From assembly GCA_964567295.1 (NCBI GenBank), contig CAZMLU010000001.1, positions 8,606-72,605 on the forward strand: DNA of 64,000 nucleotides, written 5' to 3'. The DNA is from an uncultured Desulfovibrionaceae bacterium (lineage in GTDB: Bacteria; Bacillota; Dethiobacteria; DTU022; UBA8154). The notes under the pieces were generated by a model, which saw nothing but the letters and a program-made list of their open reading frames with translations, had not been told where the DNA came from and made no database searches. Within the stretch, counting starts at the first letter, position 1, and every line of letters starts with the position of its first letter. Of this stretch, positions 9,507 through 17,585 are shown piece after piece. Both the position numbers and the translations under genes were made by a program.

Positions 9507-9914
9507 ATGAAACCGGAAGAAGTATTTATCCTGGATAGTTCGGCGCTGTTAGTTTATTTTCAGGGAGGGGAAGCGGCAAAAAAAGTGGAGACGATACTGA
9601 AAAAAGGAGGCAAACACGGTGTGGAACTTTACCTGTCGGCAGTTGACTGGGGCAAGTGTTACAGCAGCCTGCTAAAAGGTGAAGATCCCCGGGAGATCAA
9701 GGTTTTCCTGGATAAAGTGGAGAATTCGGCGCTAAGCATAGTAGCCGTAAATAAAAAAATCTCCGCCGAAGCGGCCTTGCTGGTTGAAGAATACCGTGTG
9801 CCCTATGAAAAAGCATTTGCCCCCGCCCTGGGAGTCATTACTGACGGAATAGTGGTTACCGCAGATCCTGTACTGCATGGAGTGGAAGAAGCTGTAGATA
9901 TTTTTTGGCTGTGA
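9507..9914 (+). CDS. PIN-domain protein (VapC-like nuclease fold); a solo gene between ffs and dnaX
   Basis: 135 aa; the N-terminal VFILDSSALL... acidic pattern, preceded by a strong ribosome-binding site (GGGAGGGG). There is no upstream antitoxin-like ORF on the same strand. Confidence 0.5.
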   Translation: MKPEEVFILDSSALLVYFQGGEAAKKVETILKKGGKHGVELYLSAVDWGKCYSSLLKGEDPREIKVFLDKVENSALSIVAVNKKISAEAALLVEEYRVPYEKAFAPALGVITDGIVVTADPVLHGVEEAVDIFWL

Positions 9915-9929
9915 GGGTCAATAATTAAT

Positions 9930-10199
9930 GGCCGTGCACCTGCCTTTGACCCCGCCTCCCAGGCGTAACTCCGGTAGTTTGCTCGGCCCCAGCGCCCCCA
10001 TGGCACACGCACTGTTCCACTTACCGCTGCTTCCTTCCGGACCTGACGGGGTTTATGGAAGCACGTTGCACGGGACCGGGGCGTCTTCACCACTTGCCGA
10101 AGGCAGACCCTGAAAGATCGAGGGCCTAGGGCAGGAATTAAACCCTGCTTTAGCGGGTTGCAGGTTCAGGGCACCGCTACCTCCCCGTCTAGCACGGCC
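9930..10199 (-). ncRNA. ffs: Signal recognition particle RNA (long, Bacillus-type 4.5S/scRNA)
   Basis: The minus strand carries the conserved domain-IV motif GUCAGGUCCGGAAGGAAGCAGC. The 5' GGCCGUGC pairs with the 3' GCACGGCC to close an element of about 270 nt. The position upstream of dnaX matches the Firmicute scr-dnaX synteny. Confidence 0.75.
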
Positions 10200-10214
10200 A
10201 AACTCTAAACAAAA

Positions 10215-10306
10215 TGGCGGAGAGAGAGGGATTCGAACCCTCGATGCGGTTTTGCCGCATACCCGCTTTCCAGGCGAGCGCCTTCGTCCAACTCGGCCAT
10301 CTCTCC
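10215..10306 (-). tRNA. tRNA-Ser (anticodon GGA)
   Basis: Manual fold: acceptor GGAGAGA/TCTCTCC, D-arm GCCGAGTTGG, anticodon loop CUGGAAA, long variable arm, T-loop GGTTCGAATCC, encoded CCA. Confidence 0.9.
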
Positions 10307-10428
10307 GCGTCAAGACTACCTCTAAAAATATTATTCAGTTAGAAGACTGCAGGAGCGCTTCGCGTTCCTGCAGGGCTTATTATAACATATCTTTTCTGCA
10401 CTGTCATCCCTGGTAAAAAGTGTTCCGG

Positions 10429-11025
10429 TTACTCTTCTCTAAGATAACCCTTGTTAACGGCGTCTTCGATCATTGATTTGGCAAGGTCCCACAACGCAGG
10501 CGACCCTTCAGCTATCCTGCTGTTACGCTGCCAAACCTGTCTGGAGGAGATCTGGTGTTCTTGCCATGATTTGCCCGCGGAGCGGTAGTTAAGGGTTAAA
10601 GGCTGGAACCGATCCAGGGCTGCCGCAAAGCGTGCTTCCGGTGTGTTCTTCTCTTCAAATTCATCCCAGAGGGCCCTGAATTCTTGTTCCTGATCGGGAG
10701 GCAAAAGGCTAAACAGCTTGTCCGCTGCCCTTTTTTCCCTTCCCGCTTTGCCTGTGTTTTCTACTTCATCGTAACAGTAGGTATCCCCGGCCTCAATCTC
10801 CACCAAGTCATGGGTGATAACCATTTTTAAAACCCGCAAAATATCCATTTTTTCTTGCTCGAGGCCGTGTTCGAAAAAAAGAAGGCACATCAGCGATAGG
10901 TGCCAGGAGTGCTCGGCGTCATTTTCTTTCCTGGACCCGTCCTCCAGGTAATTCTGCCGGTAAATTTTCTTCAAGCGGTCAGCCTCAAGGAAAAAACGCA
11001 GCTGCTTTTGCATCCTTTCCTCCAT
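10429..11025 (-). CDS. HD-domain 5'-deoxynucleotidase (YfbR-like)
   Basis: 198 aa; the metal-binding motifs AEHSWH ... ITHDLVEIEAGDT. Confidence 0.7.
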   Translation of the reverse strand: MEERMQKQLRFFLEADRLKKIYRQNYLEDGSRKENDAEHSWHLSLMCLLFFEHGLEQEKMDILRVLKMVITHDLVEIEAGDTYCYDEVENTGKAGREKRAADKLFSLLPPDQEQEFRALWDEFEEKNTPEARFAAALDRFQPLTLNYRSAGKSWQEHQISSRQVWQRNSRIAEGSPALWDLAKSMIEDAVNKGYLREE

Positions 11026-11119
11026 TTTAAACTGCCTCCCCTCATGAACCGGTAGCAGTGAAAACTAAAAAGGCAATCTCACGTGATAATGATACCCCTT
11101 CAATATTCACGGCACCAGG

Positions 11120-11157
11120 AAAAAGAAAGCACTTCCGTATCTTAACCGGAAGTGCTC
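11120..11157 (-). terminator. Rho-independent terminator downstream of the csp gene
   Basis: Perfect 10-bp stem AGCACUUCCG / CGGAAGUGCU with a 9-nt loop, followed on the minus strand by UUCUUUUUCC. Confidence 0.75.
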
Positions 11158-11183
11158 TTTTAGGCTATCTCGCAACTTTAGAC

Positions 11184-11381
11184 TTACAGACGAACTACGT
11201 TTGCTGCTTGCAGGCCGCGATTGCCTTCCACGACATCAAATTCTACGCTTTGACCTTCGTCTAAAGTTTTGAATCCTTCACCCTGAATCGCAGAAAAGTG
11301 CACAAATACATCTTCTCCCTCTTCTCTTTCGATGAATCCGTAACCTTTGTCTGCATTAAACCATTTTACTTTGCCATCCAT
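11184..11381 (-). CDS. csp: Cold-shock protein (CspA family)
   Basis: [33 protein letters not shown]; start refined to the internal ATG at 11381, which has an AGGAGG ribosome-binding site. Confidence 0.9.
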   Translation of the reverse strand: MDGKVKWFNADKGYGFIEREEGEDVFVHFSAIQGEGFKTLDEGQSVEFDVVEGNRGLQAANVVRL

Positions 11382-11546
11382 GCTTGTAGGCCTCCTAAAA
11401 ATTTTTTGCTTAAAAAGCCGAATCACTTCCTACACCTTACGTCCTGCAAATACAGAGGCCTAAAGATGGTTCAGCTCTTCCAACTTTTAAACTAATAAAA
11501 GCATAACATATACAGAAAAAAATTGCAAGCCTTCTTTTGTATATTT

Positions 11547-12392
11547 TTAACATGTTTCTGCTTTAGCACATCTTTTCCAGTATATGATGATTCCAGCCGC
11601 GATAAAAGAGGCGGCCATAAGTTCTATGGATTCCTCTATTACAAAATCCATCAAGAAAAAACCGGGAATTGAACCACCCGTAAAAGTTTGGCTCAAGCGA
11701 TCTCCAATTAGTGGATAAAACCCCCTTTCCTCTCGGAACAGGGAAGCCACCGCTGCCAGGGCGTATAAGGTGCCACCGGCTACAAAGTAGAGGCGCACCT
11801 GCGCCACGGCAAAAGCTTCCCTCCAGTGGACCAGGACGGCATAAAGGAGAGGCAGCACAATGAGAAAAAAGACGATACCTTCTGCTAAGGTGCGATTCAT
11901 TCCCAGCAGCACTCCGGCATGTTCGGCCAGTAGATGCCGCGGGTCACCGGCATCCTCTATGAGCATGAGGATGAAGGCAATGGCCGCCAGGATCCAGAAT
12001 ATCTCTTCCCTGCGGCACCCTCCCCGCTCACGGTACATGCCGAAAAAAGCCGCAGCGCTAAGAGAAATATAGGCTAAAAAGATCCACTGCACCCATTCCA
12101 CTGGCCCCCTGTTACGGAACAAGTGCCACCAGAGCCCCCTCTCAGAGGATACCCCGCCGATGTTTACTACATCTACCAGGTAGACGGCCACCCAGCAGAG
12201 AACTATAAATAGCAAGGTTGAGGCGATAAGCACCAGGGACAGGGTGTGCTCTTTGAGCTGGAAAGTATTGAAGAAATCTTTGAAAAAGCGCACCGGACTC
12301 AGTGCTGGAAAGGGTTTCATCTTTAGCAAGGGGCTGCACCGGTCCTTTCTCTCTTTTTTCCTTCCGCTATGCTTAAAATGTGTATTTGTCAA
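11547..12392 (-). CDS. Polytopic membrane protein of unknown function
   Basis: 281-aa ORF with about 6 to 7 hydrophobic segments and no recognisable motifs. The start is uncertain; an internal Met at about 12320 is possible. Confidence 0.4.
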   Translation of the reverse strand: MTNTHFKHSGRKKERKDRCSPLLKMKPFPALSPVRFFKDFFNTFQLKEHTLSLVLIASTLLFIVLCWVAVYLVDVVNIGGVSSERGLWWHLFRNRGPVEWVQWIFLAYISLSAAAFFGMYRERGGCRREEIFWILAAIAFILMLIEDAGDPRHLLAEHAGVLLGMNRTLAEGIVFFLIVLPLLYAVLVHWREAFAVAQVRLYFVAGGTLYALAAVASLFREERGFYPLIGDRLSQTFTGGSIPGFFLMDFVIEESIELMAASFIAAGIIIYWKRCAKAETC

Positions 12393-12520
12393 TATACCTG
12401 CTTTTTCTCCTGCAGGCCACCATTTTCCTGCAAAAGGAGCATCCTTTTTTTACATTCTCCAGAAATAATTTACAGCTTCTAACTTCTAAAGCAGGGCTTC
12501 TTTTTTGCATCATTTTGCAT

Positions 12521-14533
12521 TTAGCGCATGGCCCGCATGGCATTTAGAACGGCCAACAGGGCCACGCCCACATCGGCGAAAACTGCTTCCCAGAGGGAAG
12601 CCAATCCGGCGGCTCCCAGGAGGAGGACAATGGCCTTGATACCCAGGGCTAAGACCACGTTCTGGACAACGATACCCCTGGTTTTTCGGGCGATGGATAT
12701 CGCTTCCGCCAGCTTGGAGGGCTCACCGGTCATAAGCACCACGTCGGCGGCTTCCACGGCGGCATCAGAGCCTATACCACCCATGGCCACCCCGATATCC
12801 GCCCGGGCAAGGGCAGGTGCGTCATTAATACCATCGCCGACAAAGGCAACTTTTTTCTTGCCTTTCTGCTCGCTTTGAAGCCGTTCCAAGATCTCCACTT
12901 TCTGGTGAGGAAGCAGCTCGGAGTATACACGGTCGAGACCAATTTTTTGGCCGATCTTGTCAGCAACCGCTTTTCTATCTCCTGTGAGCATAACAATATT
13001 ACGCACACCTAGATTTCTCAGGGCCTGCACGGCAGCAGAAGTATCTTCCCTCAGCACATCCTCCACTTTGATGCTGCCTGCATATTTTCCCCCTATCGCC
13101 AGGTGCACCCGGTTCCCGGATATTTCTTCTTGCACAGGAACCCCGTACTGCTCCAGCAGCCTGCTATTCCCCATAAGGACTTCTCCTTTCGGGGTCAGCA
13201 GTTTCACTCCTCTCCCCGATATCTCCGTAAAGCTTAGAGCCTTATAGTCTTCCTTTTCAGCACCTGTTTTGGCTGCTGCCGTGCCGGCACCTCCGGGCCT
13301 GACTTCTTTCTCTTCCCAGGCCCGCAAGACAGAAACAGCTACGGGATGGGAGGAATAACGAGAAGCAGAAGCAGCACAGCGCAAGAGTTCCCTTTTCGTA
13401 AAACCAAGGGCGGGGGATATTTCTTGGAGCTGGAAAGAGCCCCGGGTCAAAGTGCCTGTTTTATCAAAAATCACTGTGCCGATATCGCTGAGGGCCTCCA
13501 GAAAATTGCCTCCTTTGACCAGGATTCCCCTGCGGGATGCGCCGCCGATACCTCCCCAGAAACCCAGTGGAATGGATATAACAAGGGCACAAGGACAGGA
13601 TATGACCAGGAACACTAACGCCCTGTAGCTCCAGGTTGCAAAGGTCTGGTCGGCAATCAAGAGGGGCGGCAGCAAGGCCAGCAATACCGCCGCAGCTACC
13701 ACTACGGGGGTATAGTAGCGGGCGAAACGGGTTATAAAGCGTTCAGTCTGCGCTTTTCGGGAAGCCGCACTTTCTACCAGGGAGAGAATACGGCTCACTG
13801 TAGATTCTTTATATTCCCTGGCTACCTCTATACTTAACAGGCCGCCCTGGTTAATAGAGCCCGAGAGGACCTGGTCTCCAGCGTTTATCTCCCGCGGCAG
13901 GGACTCTCCGGTCAGGGCAGAGAGATCAAGGGTGGTTGAACCCTTAAGGACACTGCCGTCCAGGGGCACCCTTTCCCCCGGGCGGACTTCTATAATGTCC
14001 CCCGCCCGGACCAGGTGGGGAGATACTTTAGTGGTGCCTTCTCTCCCACGGAGATGGGCATAGTCAGGACGAATATCCATTAATTCCCGGATAGAACGGC
14101 GGGAACGTTCCACGGCTCGTCCTTGGAGCAGCTCGCCTACCTGGTAGAAAATCATTACCGCTACCCCTTCGGGATACTCCCCGATGGCAAAAGCCCCCAG
14201 GGTGGCTATGGACATGAGGAAATTTTCGTCGAAAACACTGCCCCGGATAATATTTCGCCCTGCCGTTAGCAGAACTCCGTTTCCCCAGAGCAGGTAGGCA
14301 GCGGCAAAAACAAGCAGCTCCGCCGGATCCTGCAGGGGCAGAAGAAGGCCAGCGGCGAACAATAGGGCGCCAACCCCGAAGAGGAAGGGCCTGGCGCGGG
14401 CAAAGAAATAGCTACCGGCAGCAACTATTTCCTTTTCTCCCTCCGGGCTACCGCTGACTGAGGAAAAGGGGGAATCTACGGTGCAACAACATCCCGCAGC
14501 GCCGGATACACAATTTTCGCTTTGAGCAGACAT
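12521..14533 (-). CDS. P1B-type heavy-metal-translocating ATPase (Zn/Cd/Co-type)
   Basis: 670 aa; the CPC motif (SCPCALV), DKTGTLT, HP, GDGINDAPAL and a Cys-rich N-terminus (CVSGAAGCCC). Adjacent to an ArsR/SmtB repressor. Confidence 0.9.
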   Translation of the reverse strand: MSAQSENCVSGAAGCCCTVDSPFSSVSGSPEGEKEIVAAGSYFFARARPFLFGVGALLFAAGLLLPLQDPAELLVFAAAYLLWGNGVLLTAGRNIIRGSVFDENFLMSIATLGAFAIGEYPEGVAVMIFYQVGELLQGRAVERSRRSIRELMDIRPDYAHLRGREGTTKVSPHLVRAGDIIEVRPGERVPLDGSVLKGSTTLDLSALTGESLPREINAGDQVLSGSINQGGLLSIEVAREYKESTVSRILSLVESAASRKAQTERFITRFARYYTPVVVAAAVLLALLPPLLIADQTFATWSYRALVFLVISCPCALVISIPLGFWGGIGGASRRGILVKGGNFLEALSDIGTVIFDKTGTLTRGSFQLQEISPALGFTKRELLRCAASASRYSSHPVAVSVLRAWEEKEVRPGGAGTAAAKTGAEKEDYKALSFTEISGRGVKLLTPKGEVLMGNSRLLEQYGVPVQEEISGNRVHLAIGGKYAGSIKVEDVLREDTSAAVQALRNLGVRNIVMLTGDRKAVADKIGQKIGLDRVYSELLPHQKVEILERLQSEQKGKKKVAFVGDGINDAPALARADIGVAMGGIGSDAAVEAADVVLMTGEPSKLAEAISIARKTRGIVVQNVVLALGIKAIVLLLGAAGLASLWEAVFADVGVALLAVLNAMRAMR

Positions 14534-14562
14534 TGCTATAACTTCCTTTCTGCTTTTCAGCT

Positions 14563-14925
14563 TTATTCGTTAATATGGCTTAAACCCTGCTTAAAAATAA
14601 GTTCGACATGCCTGTCATCCAGGGAATAATAGACCACTTTACCTTCTTTGCGGCGCTTGACCAGGCGGGCCTGCTTTAATACGCGAATCTGATGGGATAT
14701 GGCCGACTGCGACATATTCAACAGGTAGGCAATATCACATACACACATCTCTGACTCAAACAAGGCCCAGATTATCTTGATCCGGGTGGAATCACCAAAA
14801 ACCTTGAAAAGCTCGGCCAAATCATACAGGCTCTCCTCGGGAGGCATTTTCTCACGCACTTTGTCTATTACTTCCTCATGGATAATACTCGCTTCACATC
14901 TAATCTCATCTCTTTTTAAGGTCAC
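14563..14925 (-). CDS. ArsR/SmtB-family metalloregulator (CadC/CzrA-like)
   Basis: 120 aa; a winged helix-turn-helix with the CVCDIA alpha3 metal site and a C-terminal DxHx10Hx2E alpha5 site. Confidence 0.85.
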   Translation of the reverse strand: MTLKRDEIRCEASIIHEEVIDKVREKMPPEESLYDLAELFKVFGDSTRIKIIWALFESEMCVCDIAYLLNMSQSAISHQIRVLKQARLVKRRKEGKVVYYSLDDRHVELIFKQGLSHINE

Positions 14926-14943
14926 GGTATCACCGCCATTGTA

Positions 14944-14970
14944 TGTTCATATGAGCAGTTATTCATATAT
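14944..14970. promoter_or_regulatory. Candidate ArsR/SmtB operator: TTCATAT half-sites flanking a CATATG core
   Basis: TGTTCATATGAGCAGTTATTCATATAT lies immediately upstream of the repressor gene, in the divergent intergenic region. Confidence 0.35.
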
Positions 14971-15018
14971 TATTATAAACACCGGCGCTTAAACTGTCAA
15001 TTGAATTTCCGCAAATTT

Positions 15019-15040
15019 TTCTTCACTATTTCTTCACTAT
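15019..15040. repeat. Perfect tandem direct repeat, 2 copies of an 11-bp unit (TTCTTCACTAT), in the divergent promoter region
   Basis: Direct reading, upstream of the 15122 gene. Confidence 0.85.
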
Positions 15041-15121
15041 ACGTAACATAACCCGCAATTTTTGCGTCTTAATATATATGGAAAGAAAAAATAGCAGGAC
15101 TATAAAGGAGGATTACTAACT

Positions 15122-15733
15122 ATGAAAATGAAGTATTGGCTCTTTGGAATTATCATTCTCGTGCTTGCCGTAGCTTCAGTGACCATTGCCACACAGAATG
15201 CCAGTGAGAAGGGGGATCCGGCTCAAGAAGAGGTGGCCCATGAAGAAGGGGAAGAAGAAAATGGAAACGATGATAATATGGGCAGGGAGAACGGAGAGGT
15301 AGAAGAAAGCAAGGAAATTGAAAAGCATAGCGCAGAGGGACTGCTGACCGGGCAGATCGACAGCCACTCGGTAGAAATCGAAATTGACGGCCAGCCCCTG
15401 GCTTTTGCCCTGAGTGATGAACTGCGGGAAAAGGAGTTTGCCAGCGGAAAAATCAGCTTCCGGTATTATGTGGATGAAAACGGACGTTCGGTTATCACCC
15501 AGGCTGACTTCCAGGAGCCTCGGGAAGGCGAAGTAGATACCGCGGAGGTGACTTTTATCGGCCTGGCCGACAGCCATACGGCAGAAGTGGAGATGAACGG
15601 AGAAGCCCGGGCTTTTGGGCTGGGTGAAAATATTTCCTTTACCGGCATCGACACAGGCGAAAGAATCATTATCTTTTACCAGAAAAATGAACAGGGCCGC
15701 CAGGAAATCATTAAGATAGAGAAGGTATTTTAG
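15122..15733 (+). CDS. Secreted or membrane-anchored acidic protein with two internal repeats; possibly metal-associated
   Basis: 203 aa; an N-terminal signal anchor, a Glu/Asp-rich linker, and two roughly 55-aa repeats (DSHSVEIEIDGQPLAFAL and DSHTAEVEMNGEARAFGL). Divergent from the arsR-ATPase pair, with an AAAGGAGG ribosome-binding site. Confidence 0.5.
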   Translation: MKMKYWLFGIIILVLAVASVTIATQNASEKGDPAQEEVAHEEGEEENGNDDNMGRENGEVEESKEIEKHSAEGLLTGQIDSHSVEIEIDGQPLAFALSDELREKEFASGKISFRYYVDENGRSVITQADFQEPREGEVDTAEVTFIGLADSHTAEVEMNGEARAFGLGENISFTGIDTGERIIIFYQKNEQGRQEIIKIEKVF

Positions 15734-15861
15734 CTCCGGCCGGAAAGGATTAATGGAACTTGAAGCAGAATTTATTAAATATATGCAAAAGGGAGCAAAA
15801 TAAGGTCAATTATTGGTCCGGGAAACACCTTTTCTTAAATTTTCTTTGAGGAGGGAGCAAT

Positions 15862-16311
15862 ATGTACTATATCTTCATTGTAAATGATTTTCCGGTAAAT
15901 GAGGAAAGATTAGCGGCAGAGGATATTGTTAACAAATTATTCGGGCTGGGATACTGGTTACATACCGAAAAAACACCATTTGTGGAAAATTATGCCCCGG
16001 GGGATAAAGCGGTTGTTTACGTAGCTGGAATAGGCAGAAGATATTTTACCGGCTCATTTGAAATCGCCGGTAGTATTGCAAAAAATGATCTTCAACCTAC
16101 CGATAAGTATGAAAAAGAACTATTCTCCTTTTTTACGCTTGCTTCTCCCATATCTAATGTTGAAAAATGGAAAGAGCCTGTATATATCGATGATTTAATT
16201 GGAGAACTAAGTTTTATCAACCATAAAGACGATTTGGTACTGCTCACTAAACAATCGGCCAAATTAATCTCCAAGGAAGATTATCAGCTAATCTTAGACA
16301 AAGCTAGATGA
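15862..16311 (+). CDS. Hypothetical PUA-like (EVE/ASCH-type) small protein; an AT-rich orphan
   Basis: 149-aa ORF with a GAGGAGGG ribosome-binding site. Its AT content is markedly higher than the neighbours', and it lies immediately upstream of a tRNA-Ser. The fold assignment is tentative. Confidence 0.35.
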   Translation: MYYIFIVNDFPVNEERLAAEDIVNKLFGLGYWLHTEKTPFVENYAPGDKAVVYVAGIGRRYFTGSFEIAGSIAKNDLQPTDKYEKELFSFFTLASPISNVEKWKEPVYIDDLIGELSFINHKDDLVLLTKQSAKLISKEDYQLILDKAR

Positions 16312-16348
16312 ATATTGCCCTTTTTATCAAAGAGCAATTCTTGAAAAA

Positions 16349-16440
16349 TGGCGGAGAGAGTGGGATTCGAACCCACGAGGCGCGCTAACGCCTACTCGAT
16401 TTCGAGTCGAGCGCCTTCAACCGGACTCGGCCATCTCTCC
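16349..16440 (-). tRNA. tRNA-Ser (anticodon CGA)
   Basis: Manual fold: GGAGAGA acceptor, anticodon loop CUCGAAA, long variable arm, GGTTCGAATCC T-loop, encoded CCA. Confidence 0.9.
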
Positions 16441-16473
16441 GCGTCCTGTCTCATATTTTATGACACAATTCCC

Positions 16474-16502
16474 ATTATACAGCAGGCGAAATGGCTTGTA
16501 AA
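16474..16502 (-). promoter_or_regulatory. Sigma-A-type promoter for tRNA-Ser(CGA)
   Basis: On the minus strand: TTTACA, a 17-nt spacer, then TATAAT, about 30 nt upstream of the mature tRNA 5' end. Confidence 0.6.
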
Positions 16503-16562
16503 GCAGCTCAAGGCCCCAAAGATATACTTCGGGTTAATAAAGAAAGTTGGCTTCCCCTGACA

Positions 16563-16590
16563 TCAAAAAATGTTCTAACTTCGAAGAACA
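16563..16590 (-). terminator. Rho-independent terminator after the glutaredoxin-like selenoprotein gene
   Basis: On the minus strand: GUUCU-UCGAAGUU-AGAAC followed by AUUUUUUGA. Confidence 0.5.
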
Positions 16591-16602
16591 GGAGAGCAAA
16601 CT

Positions 16603-16941
16603 TTAAGCAGTTGTTATCTGCTGATGCTGGCAGTGAGGACAGGTCACCTTGATCTTGCCTTTCCCCCCGGGCACGCGCAACTTGGATGAGCAGTTTTCAC
16701 AAGAAATGGTAACCTTACTGAGCAGCTGGTCAAGCCTGGCCCGGTCAAACCCGGCCACTACTTCTTCCCCAATCAAAAAGGCTGGTACACCCTGCAGGCC
16801 CTTGCCGGTAAATTCTTGCATTGCTGCAGGATCCTTCTGAACATCTTTTTCTTCATAATCGATTCCTTTTTCGCGAAGATATCTCTTCGCCGTGTTGCAG
16901 TGGGATCAGGTTTGAGTTGTAAACATGATCACTTTTTCCAT
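16603..16941 (-). CDS. Glutaredoxin-like selenoprotein (UxxC active site) with a C-terminal zinc ribbon. The in-frame TGA at 16906..16908 is predicted to encode selenocysteine
   Basis: The ORF track shows only the C-terminal 72 aa. Extending the frame upstream gives MEKVIMFTTQT-[TGA]-SHCNTAKRYLREKGIDYEEKDVQKDPAAMQEF..., a complete Grx fold in which the TGA sits exactly where the first Cys of CPxC would be. The ATG at 16941 has an AGAGAGG ribosome-binding site, and there is a stem-loop 15 nt downstream of the UGA. Confidence 0.7.
16873..16890 (-). promoter_or_regulatory. Candidate bacterial SECIS hairpin
   Basis: GCGAAGA-GAUA-UCUUCGC, a 7-bp stem with a 4-nt loop, beginning 16 nt 3' of the in-frame UGA. 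Confidence 0.4.
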
Positions 16942-16979
16942 AATTAAAAACCTCTCTTTCTTTTTTTCATAATACTCTT

Positions 16980-17432
16980 TTACCTTCTTTCCTGGAAAAA
17001 CCCTCTTAATAGAAGCGCACAACTTTTTTCAAGGACCCCTTCAACCACTTCCAGGCGATGGTTGAGCCGTGGGTCATTTGTGATGTTGTAAAGGGAACAA
17101 ACGGCACCGGCCTTGGGGTCTCTGGCACCAAAAACCAGCCTGGGAACGCGAGCCTGGACCAGGGCTCCTGCACACATGGGACAGGGTTCCAGAGTTACAT
17201 AGAGGGTGGCTTCCAGCAGGCGCCAGCTGCCCAGCTTTTCGCCTCCCCGCCGCAGCACCAATATCTCGGCATGTGCGGTGGCATCTCTCAGTTCTTCACG
17301 GCGGTTGTGGTCTGCGACCAGAATTTCTCCTTCCTTAACCAACACGGCCCCTATAGGCACCTCGCCTTTCCGAAACGCCTCATTAGCCTGCTCCAGTGCT
17401 ATTTCCATATATTTTTCATCTTCTAATTTCAT
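16980..17432 (-). CDS. tadA: tRNA-specific adenosine deaminase
   Basis: 150 aa; HAEILVLRR ... TLEPCPMCAGAL, a CDA-fold zinc motif. Confidence 0.85.
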   Translation of the reverse strand: MKLEDEKYMEIALEQANEAFRKGEVPIGAVLVKEGEILVADHNRREELRDATAHAEILVLRRGGEKLGSWRLLEATLYVTLEPCPMCAGALVQARVPRLVFGARDPKAGAVCSLYNITNDPRLNHRLEVVEGVLEKSCALLLRGFFQERR

Positions 17433-17585
17433 CTGTAATCACTCACTCTATCAAAAACACTCCTGTACATCAATACTTTGCTCGCCTATCATTTCCAACA
17501 ACAGAGTAATAGTCTTATGGGAAAAAATTTGAAATAGCGCCCATCCTCGAGTCCTTTTTTTGCACAGATACATCTTGCTACTCAG

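Noticed and set aside
10053-10313. ORFs overlapping tRNA genes (10053..10313, 16348..16560, 18242..18493)
   Set aside because: The sequence folds into canonical tRNA-Ser and tRNA-Arg cloverleaves on the minus strand. The ORFs are translation artefacts of the tRNA DNA.
12393-12520. Hairpins between the membrane-protein gene and the ATPase gene, as a terminator
   Set aside because: Only 4-bp stems (AGGA/TCCT and AAGC/GCTT) with short U-tracts, too weak to call.
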